Shown: one piece after another, positions 38,042 through 46,772 of the stretch
Position numbering within the stretch: position 1 is the first letter of the stretch
Layout of the letters: each line of letters begins with the position of its first letter
Assembly (NCBI GenBank): GCA_033762915.1
Contig: JANRLD010000053.1
Location: 32,001 to 96,000 of the forward strand
DNA: 64,000 bases
Source of the DNA: Meiothermus sp.
GTDB taxonomy: Bacteria; Deinococcota; Deinococci; Deinococcales; Thermaceae
Direction: 5' to 3'
The notes under the pieces: model-generated
The model's input: only the letters and a program-made list of their open reading frames with translations
Told to the model about the DNA's origin: nothing
The model's database searches: none
Translations under genes and position numbers: made by a program

Positions 38042-39357
38042 ACCAACCGATGTTCCTCAGGGGCCGGCGGCAACACCTCGAGGCCCAGCCAGGTGCACAT
38101 CTCCAGCAGCGCCTCCTCGACCTGCCCCATCCCCAGCGCCATGTGGTGGGGGATGCGGTGGTTGAGCCAACTGGTCAGGAACTGCCGAGGGGTGAGGGGC
38201 TGGGCGGCCCAGCTCGAGCGCACCAGCCAGCTCGAGTCGCCGTCGTAGCCCTTCTCGCCGCTCAGTTGACCGCCGTGGACCACGGCCTTGCCGCCCTTGA
38301 GCAGCCGGAAGCCGCTCACCGCGCCCGCCTTCAGGGCCATGTCGCGCATGGCGGGCAGGTTGCGGTTGAAGTGCGGGATCAGCCGCGTCGGGCCGGCAGC
38401 CCAGGCCTTGGGCGCGTCGCCGCCGTGCCACAGCATCACGCCCTTGGGGCCGAAGTGCGAGATATCGAGGAGGATCGAGGGCTGACCCGTTACGGCTTGC
38501 AGCGCCAGCTGCCCGGCCAGCCCCATCACGTCGCCCTCAGGTGCGAAGGTGTGCCCCCGGTCGGCCAGCCGGGCCATCGCAGAGTAGGCCATCGCGCCGG
38601 TCCGGTCAGGGATCTCAGGCCACTCGCGGATGGCCACGCCGTCGTAGCCCTGGGCCAGCTTCTGGATGGCCAGCTCGAGCCTGAAGGTTTCACGGAGCTG
38701 CGCCGCCGGGTACTCCGAGAGCTCGGCGAAGCTCGCGGTCATCTCGTCTAACTCGGCATCGGTGACGGTCTGTAGCGCCTCGAACAGCTCGTCCATCTTG
38801 GCCCGCTCGACCGTCATTCCGGTCTGCGGGAAGGCGTCGAAGGCGAAGAACCCCGGCGCGTGACCGCCCAGCAGGAGCACTCGAGACTTTCGCAGGGCTC
38901 GAGCCCCGCGCAGGGCGGACAGGGTCAGGGCGAGGCGCGACAAAAACCAGGCGTCGTCCGCTGCTCCGTAGAACCATTTGGCGGGTTTCTCCAGCAGGGA
39001 GACCCCCAGGTTCAGCCCACAGACCGCGTTCTGCGGTAGCGGCCCGGTCTCCCAGACCTCGGGCAGCGCCCACAGCCCTACCGGGATGGGCAGTTGCAGC
39101 AGCGGCAGGAAGGCGTCGCCGGTGGCGAAGGTGACGTGCTGAACCAGCAGCAGGTCGAGGTCGGCGGCCTGCGCAGCCCGGGCGACAGCCTCGGCTTGCG
39201 CAGCATCCGCGACGGGCTCGGCGACGTAGGCCAGCTCGAAGCCGTGGGTCTTGCCCAGGGCCTCGAGAGCCTGCCTCGAGGTCTGCTCGAGGCCGAACCT
39301 CGAGCCGCGGAACAGCGAGCGGACGATGGGAACCAAGCCGATGCGGAGTGTGTTCAT
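38035..39357 (-). CDS. L-fucose/L-arabinose isomerase-fold sugar isomerase (putative sulfoquinovose isomerase)
   Basis: TFATG, WALPE, NAVCG, REWPE, EGD, WHGG, C-terminal PHH. Confidence 0.7.
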   Translation of the reverse strand: MNTLRIGLVPIVRSLFRGSRFGLEQTSRQALEALGKTHGFELAYVAEPVADAAQAEAVARAAQAADLDLLLVQHVTFATGDAFLPLLQLPIPVGLWALPEVWETGPLPQNAVCGLNLGVSLLEKPAKWFYGAADDAWFLSRLALTLSALRGARALRKSRVLLLGGHAPGFFAFDAFPQTGMTVERAKMDELFEALQTVTDAELDEMTASFAELSEYPAAQLRETFRLELAIQKLAQGYDGVAIREWPEIPDRTGAMAYSAMARLADRGHTFAPEGDVMGLAGQLALQAVTGQPSILLDISHFGPKGVMLWHGGDAPKAWAAGPTRLIPHFNRNLPAMRDMALKAGAVSGFRLLKGGKAVVHGGQLSGEKGYDGDSSWLVRSSWAAQPLTPRQFLTSWLNHRIPHHMALGMGQVEEALLEMCTWLGLEVLPPAPEEHRLVW

Positions 39358-39433
39358 AGGAGGATTGTCTAACCCACAGGCCAACCACGAGGGTTGGCCC
39401 TACGTTGCTAGTTGTTGCTTCGCTCTTCCCTCT

Positions 39434-39564
39434 ACGTTGCGCCAGGGTAGAAGTGCGGAATCGGCGGAAGCGGCAAATTCGTGCCGGGGCGGAGTGGCGT
39501 GCGCCATAGCCGCGGAGCGGCTACCCGAGACGCAATTCCCTGCGGGAGCTGGCGGGCGAAATGT
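39434..39564 (+). repeat. Repeat family A, copy 4
   Basis: Near-identical to 25004-25135. Confidence 0.92.
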
Positions 39565-39570
39565 GGCGAC

Positions 39571-40410
39571 TTAGCCCTTCACCCCGCCCGAGGTCAGCCC
39601 GCCCACCACCCGCTCCTGGAAAATGGCGATCACCAGGGCCACCGGCACCAGCGCGATGATCAGCGCGGCGGAGATCAGGGGCCAGGGGAAGCTGTACTCG
39701 CCCTGCAGGAAGTTGATCCCCACCGGCAGGGTGCGCATGGCCTGCGAGGGCATCAGGGTCAGGGCCAGCAGGAATTCGTCCCAGCTGTTCACAAAAGCCA
39801 GGATGCTGGCGGTGAAGACCCCTGGCGCGGCCAGCGGCACCACGATGCGCCACAAGGCGCCCAAGCGGGAGCAGCCGTCCACCATCGCGGCCGACTCGAG
39901 GTCCTTGGGAATCCCCTGAAAAAAGCTCACCAGCACCAGCGTCGCCACGGGAATCGAGAGCGCCGCGTGCGGCAGGATCAGCGCGATGTAGGTGTTGCGC
40001 AGCCCCAGCGCCAGCACCGTCTCGAACAGCGGCACGATCAGGGTCACGGTGGGGAACATCGAGACGCCCACCAGCAGCGAGAAGATCAGGGTCTTGTTGG
40101 GCAGCCGCAGCCGGGCCAGCGCGTAGGCCGCCAGCGCCGAGACGAACACGCACAGCAGCGTAGCCCCCACCGCCACCACCACACTGTTGAAGAAGTAGCG
40201 CCCAATCGGCGCGTTGGTGAAGGCCTGGACGTAGTTCTGCACCGTTGGGGCGGCAGGCCACCAGGTGATGGGGATACGGTTCAGCTCGCCCTCGGTCTTA
40301 AACGAGGTCAGCAGGATCCACACCGCCGGGAAGAAGCCGTTCACCACCACGATACCAGCAGCCACCCAGAGCCAGATGCGGGGATTCTTGAATGGGTTTA
40401 GGCTAGTCAT
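39571..40410 (-). CDS. Carbohydrate ABC transporter permease (MalG-like)
   Basis: EAA loop IPKDLESAAMVDG, SWDEFL, GGLTSGGVKG. Confidence 0.95.
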   Translation of the reverse strand: MTSLNPFKNPRIWLWVAAGIVVVNGFFPAVWILLTSFKTEGELNRIPITWWPAAPTVQNYVQAFTNAPIGRYFFNSVVVAVGATLLCVFVSALAAYALARLRLPNKTLIFSLLVGVSMFPTVTLIVPLFETVLALGLRNTYIALILPHAALSIPVATLVLVSFFQGIPKDLESAAMVDGCSRLGALWRIVVPLAAPGVFTASILAFVNSWDEFLLALTLMPSQAMRTLPVGINFLQGEYSFPWPLISAALIIALVPVALVIAIFQERVVGGLTSGGVKG

Positions 40411-41314
40411 CCGCCCCCCTCACATAGCGCAGATACACCAGCGTCACCACGAAGCTGATCAGGAACATCAGCACCGCCAGGGCCGAGCCGTAGCCGAAGT
40501 TGAGGTTCTCGATGCTCATGGTGCGAACGTACATGGCCAGGGTCTCGAAGGCGTTGCCGCCGTTCTGCATGGCGAAGGGGATATCGAAGGTCTGGAAGGC
40601 GGTGATGGTGCGGAAGATCGCGGCCACCAGGATGGCCGGCATCAGCAGCGGCAGGGTGATGCGCCAGAAGCTCTGCCAGCCGGTGGCCCCGTCCACCGCC
40701 GCCGACTCGTACAGCTCCTTGGGAATGACCTGCAAGCCGGCCAACAGGATCAGGGCCACGAACGAGCTGGACTTCCAGATGATGCTGAAACAGACCGCCC
40801 AGAACAGCAGGTCGGGGGTGGTGATCCACAAAAGCCGCTCCCCGCCCAGCCGCATGATCACGTCGTTGACCACGCCGTACTGGCTGTCGAAGAACCAGCG
40901 GAAGATCAGCCCCGCGAAGACCAGCGGCAGCGCCCACGGCAGCAGCAGCCCCAGCCGCACCGGCCAGCGCACCCGGAACGGCAGGTTGGCCAGCAGGGCC
41001 AGCCCGAGCCCCACCAACAGCGCCCCCGGCACCGTCACTGCCACGATCAGCAGGGTGTTCCACAGGGAGGTCCAGAATCGGTCGTCGGAGAAGGCCTGGA
41101 CAAAGTTGTCGAATCCGATGAACACCGGCTCCACGCCGGTCTGGTCGGTCAGGCGACGCTGGAAAAGGCTGGTATAGATCAGCCGCGCCACCGGGTACAG
41201 CGCCACCGCCCCCAGCAGCAGCGCCGCCGGGACCAGCAGCCAAAAGGCCAGCGCCCGCTCGCTCAGATCACCGAAGCTGCGGCGGTATGGGGTGGGTGGG
41301 GTTTTGATGGCCAT
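40403..41314 (-). CDS. Carbohydrate ABC transporter permease (MalF-like)
   Basis: FIGFDNF, LAGLQVIPKELYESAAVDGA, ITLPLL. Confidence 0.95.
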   Translation of the reverse strand: MAIKTPPTPYRRSFGDLSERALAFWLLVPAALLLGAVALYPVARLIYTSLFQRRLTDQTGVEPVFIGFDNFVQAFSDDRFWTSLWNTLLIVAVTVPGALLVGLGLALLANLPFRVRWPVRLGLLLPWALPLVFAGLIFRWFFDSQYGVVNDVIMRLGGERLLWITTPDLLFWAVCFSIIWKSSSFVALILLAGLQVIPKELYESAAVDGATGWQSFWRITLPLLMPAILVAAIFRTITAFQTFDIPFAMQNGGNAFETLAMYVRTMSIENLNFGYGSALAVLMFLISFVVTLVYLRYVRGADD

Positions 41315-41405
41315 AGGGGTTGAGGATGAGCGGTTGAAGACACGCGGATGGACAGGTCATGTTGCCCGGCACGGCGCTGTGACGGCCGCAAAAACACCTG
41401 ACAAG

Positions 41406-41565
41406 AACCGTCGTCATCCTCGGCGGCCGGTCAAGGCCCGAAAGGCGCGGCCACGCAGTCCGCGTTGCGCACAGGAAGGTCGGCGCCAACATCAAGGGGC
41501 CACACTGACGCCCTGTGGGGATCCCTCGAGGGCAACCACCGGCCCCCTCAGCATGACGACGGCTT
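41406..41565. repeat. REP-like inverted-repeat element inside the ABC operon
   Basis: CCGTCGTCAT(CCT)...(AGC)ATGACGACGG termini. Confidence 0.6.
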
Positions 41566-41693
41566 GGCGAGCCGAAGGTTTGCGTCGCTCTTCGTGCCGC
41601 TCCTATTGGGTCGAAGTCGAGGGCCGAGGTTTCAGTCCGTTGTGTACTGGCCCCTCGGCCTCAGCCCTTCGACCCTCTGCCGTCTTACAGCTT

Positions 41694-42953
41694 TTACCGC
41701 CCCGCGTAGATCGCCTGCAGGCGGCTCACGATGTCCCTGGCGGCCTGCTCGGGGGTCTTCTGGCGGGCCAGCACCTGATTGGTGTTGGTGCGGATCGCCT
41801 CGGAGATTTCGGCGTAGCGGGGGTGCTGCGGGCGGGCGCGGGCGGCCTGCACCACCGGCAGGGCCTGGGCGAAGAAGGGGTTGGCCTTCAGGACGTCGGC
41901 ATCGCGGTAGAGCGCAGGGAAGACCGGCAGGTTGGAGGCCTCGATGGCCAGAACCTTAGAGACCTCAGGGCTGCTCAGGAAGCGGATTAGCTTGTAGGCC
42001 TGGGCCTTGTTGCGGCTGAAGTCGGAGATGGTCCACTGCCAACCGCCCAAGCAACTGGTCTGACGTCCGCCCTGGAAGGCGGGCAGCGGCACCACCCCTA
42101 TCTTGCCCTTGACCTGGCTGTCGGCATCGTTCTGGAAGCGCGCCCAGGCGTAGGAGAACAGCGTCCCAAACACCCAGCGGCCCTGCTGCATCTCGGCGCG
42201 GACGGTGTCTTGGGCCTTCTCGGCCATGTTGGGGGGCGAGACCCGCTGCTCCATCAGGCTGACCCAGAAAGCCAGCGAACGCTGGGCCTGGGCCTCGGTC
42301 AGGGCGAACTGGCCCTGGGCGTTGGTCACGTCGCCGCCCGCCGCCCAGATCGGCAACATGAAGGTGCAGACCGCACCCTCGGCCGGCGCACCGATGAAGC
42401 CGATGCCGTTGAGGTTGGGATTATTCTCGCCGCGCAGGATGGTCTGGGCCTGCTGGATGGCCTCGTCCCAGGTCGTGGGGGGCTTGAGGTTGTACTTCTC
42501 GAGCAGGTCGGTGCGGTAGAACAGGAACTGCGCATCGGCAAAGCTCGGCAGCGCCACCAGTGAGCCGTTGATGACGTTGGCCTGGGCATAGGCGGGCAGG
42601 TAGGTGGCCAGCAGGTTGCGCCGAGAGATGCCCGGCAGGTACTTGTCCAGGGTGTCGGCCCAGCGGCTGGCCTGGTACTGGGCGGGCCGGATCACATCGA
42701 TCAGGATCGCGTCGATGCTGGGGTCGCGGGAGGCCAGCACGGTGGTGAGGTACTGCTGCTGCTGGTCAGAGGTTGAGCCACCCACCTCGATGTCCACCCG
42801 GACACCGGGGTTGCGCTGCTGGTAGGTGTCGAGGATCTTGCGCAGCACATCGGGGCGCTGCTGGCCCCCCACGAACACCCGCAGCCGGGTCTGCTGCGCC
42901 AGGGCGCTGGACATTACCAGCACCGCCATCAAAAGCCAGAACCATTTCTTCAT
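41694..42953 (-). CDS. Sugar ABC transporter substrate-binding protein (family 1)
   Basis: Signal peptide, FYRTDLLEKY..PPTTWDE, LGGWQW, ARPQHP.Y; GGAGGAG RBS. Confidence 0.93.
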   Translation of the reverse strand: MKKWFWLLMAVLVMSSALAQQTRLRVFVGGQQRPDVLRKILDTYQQRNPGVRVDIEVGGSTSDQQQQYLTTVLASRDPSIDAILIDVIRPAQYQASRWADTLDKYLPGISRRNLLATYLPAYAQANVINGSLVALPSFADAQFLFYRTDLLEKYNLKPPTTWDEAIQQAQTILRGENNPNLNGIGFIGAPAEGAVCTFMLPIWAAGGDVTNAQGQFALTEAQAQRSLAFWVSLMEQRVSPPNMAEKAQDTVRAEMQQGRWVFGTLFSYAWARFQNDADSQVKGKIGVVPLPAFQGGRQTSCLGGWQWTISDFSRNKAQAYKLIRFLSSPEVSKVLAIEASNLPVFPALYRDADVLKANPFFAQALPVVQAARARPQHPRYAEISEAIRTNTNQVLARQKTPEQAARDIVSRLQAIYAGR

Positions 42954-43011
42954 GTCTCCTCCTCGAGGTCGCCGCACGTCGTAGGTGCCACGCCGTACGC
43001 CAGAACCTTTT

Positions 43012-43995
43012 TTAGCTGATTTGCACCCCTAGTTTACCCAGTTCCCCCAGCATTGTCTCGTTAACCTCGATGCCCTCCTTTTCGGCTCTACTGCGCAGTT
43101 GAGAGCGCCTCGAGCCGGGCAGGCGACCGCCTGCGGCCTCGAGGGCAGAAACCAGCTGAGTCATTCGCGCCGCGTAGCCCCCGCCGTAGGCCGCGGGGTC
43201 GAAGGCGACCAGCAAAAGCCCAGGCTTCGCGGCCTGCTCGGGCGGCATCCAGGGCAGCGGCAGGTCGGGCGAGAGGATGTCGCCCGCGATGGCCCCGGCC
43301 AGAATTTCCACCATCACCGCCAGCGCGTAGCCCTTGCCCCCCCCGATGGGGATGAGCGAACCCTCCAGGGCCGCCTTGGCGTCGGTGGTGGGGTTGCCCT
43401 CCTTGTCCAGCGCCAAGCCCTCGGGGATGGCCTCGCCCTTCTTGGAGGCGTTGATGATCTTCCCTCGAGCGACCACCGAGACCGAGGTGTCAATGATGAC
43501 CGGCTCGGGCGCGGCGGGAGCCCCCAGCGCGATGGGGTTCGTACCGAGAACCGGGCCGGGAGCAATGGCGGGCGGGGTGTTGGCAAACGCCAGGGCGACC
43601 AGCCCTTGCTGGGCCAATCGACCGACATAGGCCGAGAGCACGCCGGAGTGTCCGGCGTTCCGCACGGCCACCGAGGCACTGCCCTGGGCCCTGGCCAGAC
43701 CGACCAGTTCATCGACCCCGCGCAGGCCCGCCACTGGTCCCGGCGCACCGTCGGCGTACAAAACCCCGACCGACGGGCGGAGCAATTCGAAGCGCATCTG
43801 TGGCGAAGCGTTCAGGCCTTTTGCCTGAAGCTGTGAGGTGTACTGAGCGACCCGCGACAGCCCGTGCCCCGCATTGCCCTCGGCCTCGGCCTCGAGGATA
43901 ATCTCGGCGAACTGCGCAGCGTGCGCCGCCGACATCCCGAGGCTCTGGAAGTGGCTCGAGAGGATCGACTGGAGCCGGGCCACCGCGACCTTCAC
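43012..43995 (-). CDS. comC: Ldh_2 family oxidoreductase, ComC-like (R)-sulfolactate dehydrogenase
   Basis: AEAEG..GHGL.R, GH.G.L, LGTNPIA, GGGKG.AL..MVE; GTGA overlap with the upstream gene. Confidence 0.7.
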   Translation of the reverse strand: MKVAVARLQSILSSHFQSLGMSAAHAAQFAEIILEAEAEGNAGHGLSRVAQYTSQLQAKGLNASPQMRFELLRPSVGVLYADGAPGPVAGLRGVDELVGLARAQGSASVAVRNAGHSGVLSAYVGRLAQQGLVALAFANTPPAIAPGPVLGTNPIALGAPAAPEPVIIDTSVSVVARGKIINASKKGEAIPEGLALDKEGNPTTDAKAALEGSLIPIGGGKGYALAVMVEILAGAIAGDILSPDLPLPWMPPEQAAKPGLLLVAFDPAAYGGGYAARMTQLVSALEAAGGRLPGSRRSQLRSRAEKEGIEVNETMLGELGKLGVQIS

Positions 43996-44930
43996 CGCCC
44001 ACCCCCCGCCTTGCCCAACACAGCCAGCACGCCCTCGGCGACCCGGACCCCCACGGCTTCCTGGGCCTCCGCCGTTAGGCCTGCAACATGCGGGGTTATC
44101 CACAGGTTATCCACACCCCGCAACACGTGCCCGGCGGGCAGCGGCTCGGGGTCGACCACGTCCAGCACGGCTCCGCCAAGTTGCCCGGATTTGAGCGCAG
44201 CCACCAGGTCGGCCTGGTGAACCAGTTCGCCTCGAGCGGTGTTGATCAGGAACGCGCCCTTGGGCATGGCGGCAATGGTCTCGGCGCGGATTAGCTCCCG
44301 GGTCTGGGGCGTGAGGGGCGCGTGGAGCGAGAGGAAGTAGCTGCGGGAAAGGACCGAGGCAACATCGGTCAGCTCTACCTCGAGGTCTTCCACCGCGCTC
44401 TCCCAGGCCAGCCGCACGGGGTCGGAGGCCACCACCTTCATCCCAAAGGCCCGGGCCCGCCGCGCCACCCGAAGCCCCACCTCGCCCAGCCCCACCAGGC
44501 CCAGGGTCTTCCCGGCCAGCTCGAACCCCCCGAAGGTACCCCGGTTCCAGCCGCCCCCGGCCACGTGTGCCGCCCCGCCGGCGATGTTGCGGGCCAGGTG
44601 CAGCATCGCCGCCATCACGTACTCGGCCACCCCGCCCGCGTTGATGCCCCTGGCGAAGTACAGCTGCACGCCTTGGGCCTTGAGGTCGGGCTGGTTGATG
44701 TTGTCCAGGCCTACGCCCAGCCGCCCGACGACCTTCAGCCTCGACGCGCCCGAAATCAACTCTGCGTTGACCTGGGTCTGATTCCGCACTACCAGAGCGG
44801 TGGCCGTGCGCAGTTTCGCCTTCAACCCCTCCCGGTCTTTCCAGAGGTCGGGGTCGTAGGCCACCTCGAGCCCGCTCGCGCGGAGCCGCTCCAGGCCGGA
44901 AGGGGTAATGAACTCGCAAACGATGATCAT
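43992..44930 (-). CDS. slcC: D-2-hydroxyacid dehydrogenase, SlcC-like (S)-sulfolactate dehydrogenase
   Basis: IVCEF start, LVVRNQTQV, VGRLGVGLDNI, INTARG, TPHVAGLT; lies between suyB and comC. Confidence 0.7.
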   Translation of the reverse strand: MIIVCEFITPSGLERLRASGLEVAYDPDLWKDREGLKAKLRTATALVVRNQTQVNAELISGASRLKVVGRLGVGLDNINQPDLKAQGVQLYFARGINAGGVAEYVMAAMLHLARNIAGGAAHVAGGGWNRGTFGGFELAGKTLGLVGLGEVGLRVARRARAFGMKVVASDPVRLAWESAVEDLEVELTDVASVLSRSYFLSLHAPLTPQTRELIRAETIAAMPKGAFLINTARGELVHQADLVAALKSGQLGGAVLDVVDPEPLPAGHVLRGVDNLWITPHVAGLTAEAQEAVGVRVAEGVLAVLGKAGGGR

Positions 44931-45060
44931 GGCAGGATGAGACCGACGCCTCGTCTTCGCTCGAGGCTGGAAGGGGTTATGAACTCGCGGATGACGATCA
45001 TGGCGGTTGGCCCTTAGCGGTTAGCCGGTAGCTAAGAGCTAACCGCTAACCGCTAAACCA

Positions 45061-46239
45061 TCAAGCACTTGGGTAAAGTTTCGTGATCACGAACTCGTTG
45101 TGCCGCAACAGCTCGGCGGCGGTCATGCGGCCGTTAACCGTGCGAGCGAAAATGTCCATGATGCGGTCGGCAGCCTGCTCGAGGTTGATCTCGCCCACCA
45201 GCAGGTCGGGGAGTTTCACGTCGATGTGCTCGCTCATGGTCGAGCAGGTGATGGGGTTGGGCGAGACCTTGATGACTGGGATGATGGGATGGCCCACGAT
45301 GTTTCCCTGTCCGGTGGTAAAGAAGTGCAGCACCGCGCCGCCCGCCGCGCAGAGGGTGACCTGCTCGGCCCCGGCGGAGGAGCTGTTCATGAACACCAGT
45401 CCCTGGCCTGGCTGCACCGCCTCGGCATAGTTGAGGACAGCATTGACCGGCCTGCTGCCGGTCTTCTGGATGTTACCCAGCGCCTTCTCCTCGATGGTGC
45501 TGAGGCCGCCCCTGATGTTGCCCTCGGTGGGCTGCGAGCCCAGCAGGTCGACGCCCTGGTCTTCGATCATCTGAATGTAGTCGTCGTAGATCTTCTGGAA
45601 CTTACGCCGGAGCGCGGGCGTGGCGCAACGGTTCGCGATCAGGTGCTCGCCGCCGGTCAGCTCGGAGGTCTCGCCAAAGATAACCGAGGCCCCCAGGTCC
45701 ACCAGCCGGTCCACCGCCCGGCCCTGGGCCTTGTTGCCCGCCAGGCCCAGCGTGGGGTCAGACTCGCCGCACTTGATCGAGAGCACCAACTCGGAGACCG
45801 AGACCGGCTCGCGCCGCACCTCGGAGGCGTCCTGGGTCAGCCCGTAGGCCACCCTCGAGGCCGCATTAATCACGTTCAGGTCGCCGTAGCGCTCGATGGA
45901 GAAGGTCTCGACGGGCTTGCCGGTCTTGGCGATGGCCGAGGCCACCCGGTCGGTCCACTTGGGCTCGATGCCGATCACCACCACGCTGTGGACGTTGGGG
46001 TTGGCCCCGTGGCCCGAGAGGGTGCGGAAGGTCAGCTCGAGGTCCTCGCCGAACTGTAGACGGCCGTAGGGGTGGGGCAGCGCGGTCGTCCCGTTAATCA
46101 GCCGGGCCACACCCTCCGCGGCGGAGTTGGATAGGTCGTCCACGGGCAGAATCAACACGTGATTCCGCACCCCGACAGCCCCATTCTCCCGGCGATACCC
46201 GTTGAGTTGCATCTTGGAGGCTCCTGACTTCTTCGCCAT
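45061..46239 (-). CDS. suyB: (R)-sulfolactate sulfo-lyase beta subunit (UxaA family)
   Basis: GYRRENG.VGVRNHVLILPVDDLSN, PHPYGRLQFGEDLEL, NPNV..VVVIGIEP.WT, KCGESD, GLSTIEEKALG. Confidence 0.82.
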   Translation of the reverse strand: MAKKSGASKMQLNGYRRENGAVGVRNHVLILPVDDLSNSAAEGVARLINGTTALPHPYGRLQFGEDLELTFRTLSGHGANPNVHSVVVIGIEPKWTDRVASAIAKTGKPVETFSIERYGDLNVINAASRVAYGLTQDASEVRREPVSVSELVLSIKCGESDPTLGLAGNKAQGRAVDRLVDLGASVIFGETSELTGGEHLIANRCATPALRRKFQKIYDDYIQMIEDQGVDLLGSQPTEGNIRGGLSTIEEKALGNIQKTGSRPVNAVLNYAEAVQPGQGLVFMNSSSAGAEQVTLCAAGGAVLHFFTTGQGNIVGHPIIPVIKVSPNPITCSTMSEHIDVKLPDLLVGEINLEQAADRIMDIFARTVNGRMTAAELLRHNEFVITKLYPSA

Positions 46240-46586
46240 CACTTGCCCCCTTTCTTGGCTTTGGCGGAGGAAGCAGCCTTGGCCTTGCTGCCCGCCTTGC
46301 CGTAGTCCCAGCGCAGCGTCCGAATGTTGTGCACGTGAACCCAGCCGCCCTTCTTCACGGCCTTGGTGACCTTGCCGACCTTCTCGCCGTACTCGATCAC
46401 CACGTGCCCCACCGCCATATCTTTGAGCGCGACCTTGTGGCCCAGCGGGACGGCCTCGAGCGTCCTGACCTCCAAGGGTTTGCCCCCCTCGAGGCTTTGA
46501 ATCACCAGCTCTTCTCCGGGCTGTAGGTCCGCGACCGCCACGGCCACGTCGTCGGTAACTTTATGCGCTAAGGCGCGGTGTGCCAT
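46239..46586 (-). CDS. suyA: Sulfolactate sulfo-lyase alpha subunit (SAF domain)
   Basis: DDVAVAV, VPLGHKVAL, IEYG..VG, VHVHNIRTLRW; TGATG overlap with suyB. Confidence 0.82.
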   Translation of the reverse strand: MAHRALAHKVTDDVAVAVADLQPGEELVIQSLEGGKPLEVRTLEAVPLGHKVALKDMAVGHVVIEYGEKVGKVTKAVKKGGWVHVHNIRTLRWDYGKAGSKAKAASSAKAKKGGK

Positions 46587-46609
46587 GTTGCCTCCGTTTT
46601 AAACGCAAA

Positions 46610-46642
46610 TAGATTTTATATCTAAAAAATGCCGAAGGTCAA
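46610..46642 (-). promoter_or_regulatory. suyA promoter overlapped by palindrome TAGAT-N5-ATCTA
   Basis: Minus strand TTGACC...TATAAAAT; TAGATTTTATATCTA at 46610-46624. Confidence 0.65.
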
Positions 46643-46772
46643 GCAAGCCCGTTTCTGCAGAAAAAGACCCGGGTACAGGCTCGCCACAGACCGTAACGAG
46701 GTTAGGTTTGGATCAACTGGCAATTTTCCCAAAAATCACTATACTATCCCCGAAAAAGGAGATTTGTAATTT

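Noticed and set aside
45061..46586. Ordinary altronate dehydratase (uxaA) for hexuronate use
   Set aside because: The split two-subunit form, the PVDDLSN and YGRLQFGEDL motifs, the slcC/comC neighbours and the absence of uxaB/uxaC/kdgK favour SuyAB; not formally excluded.
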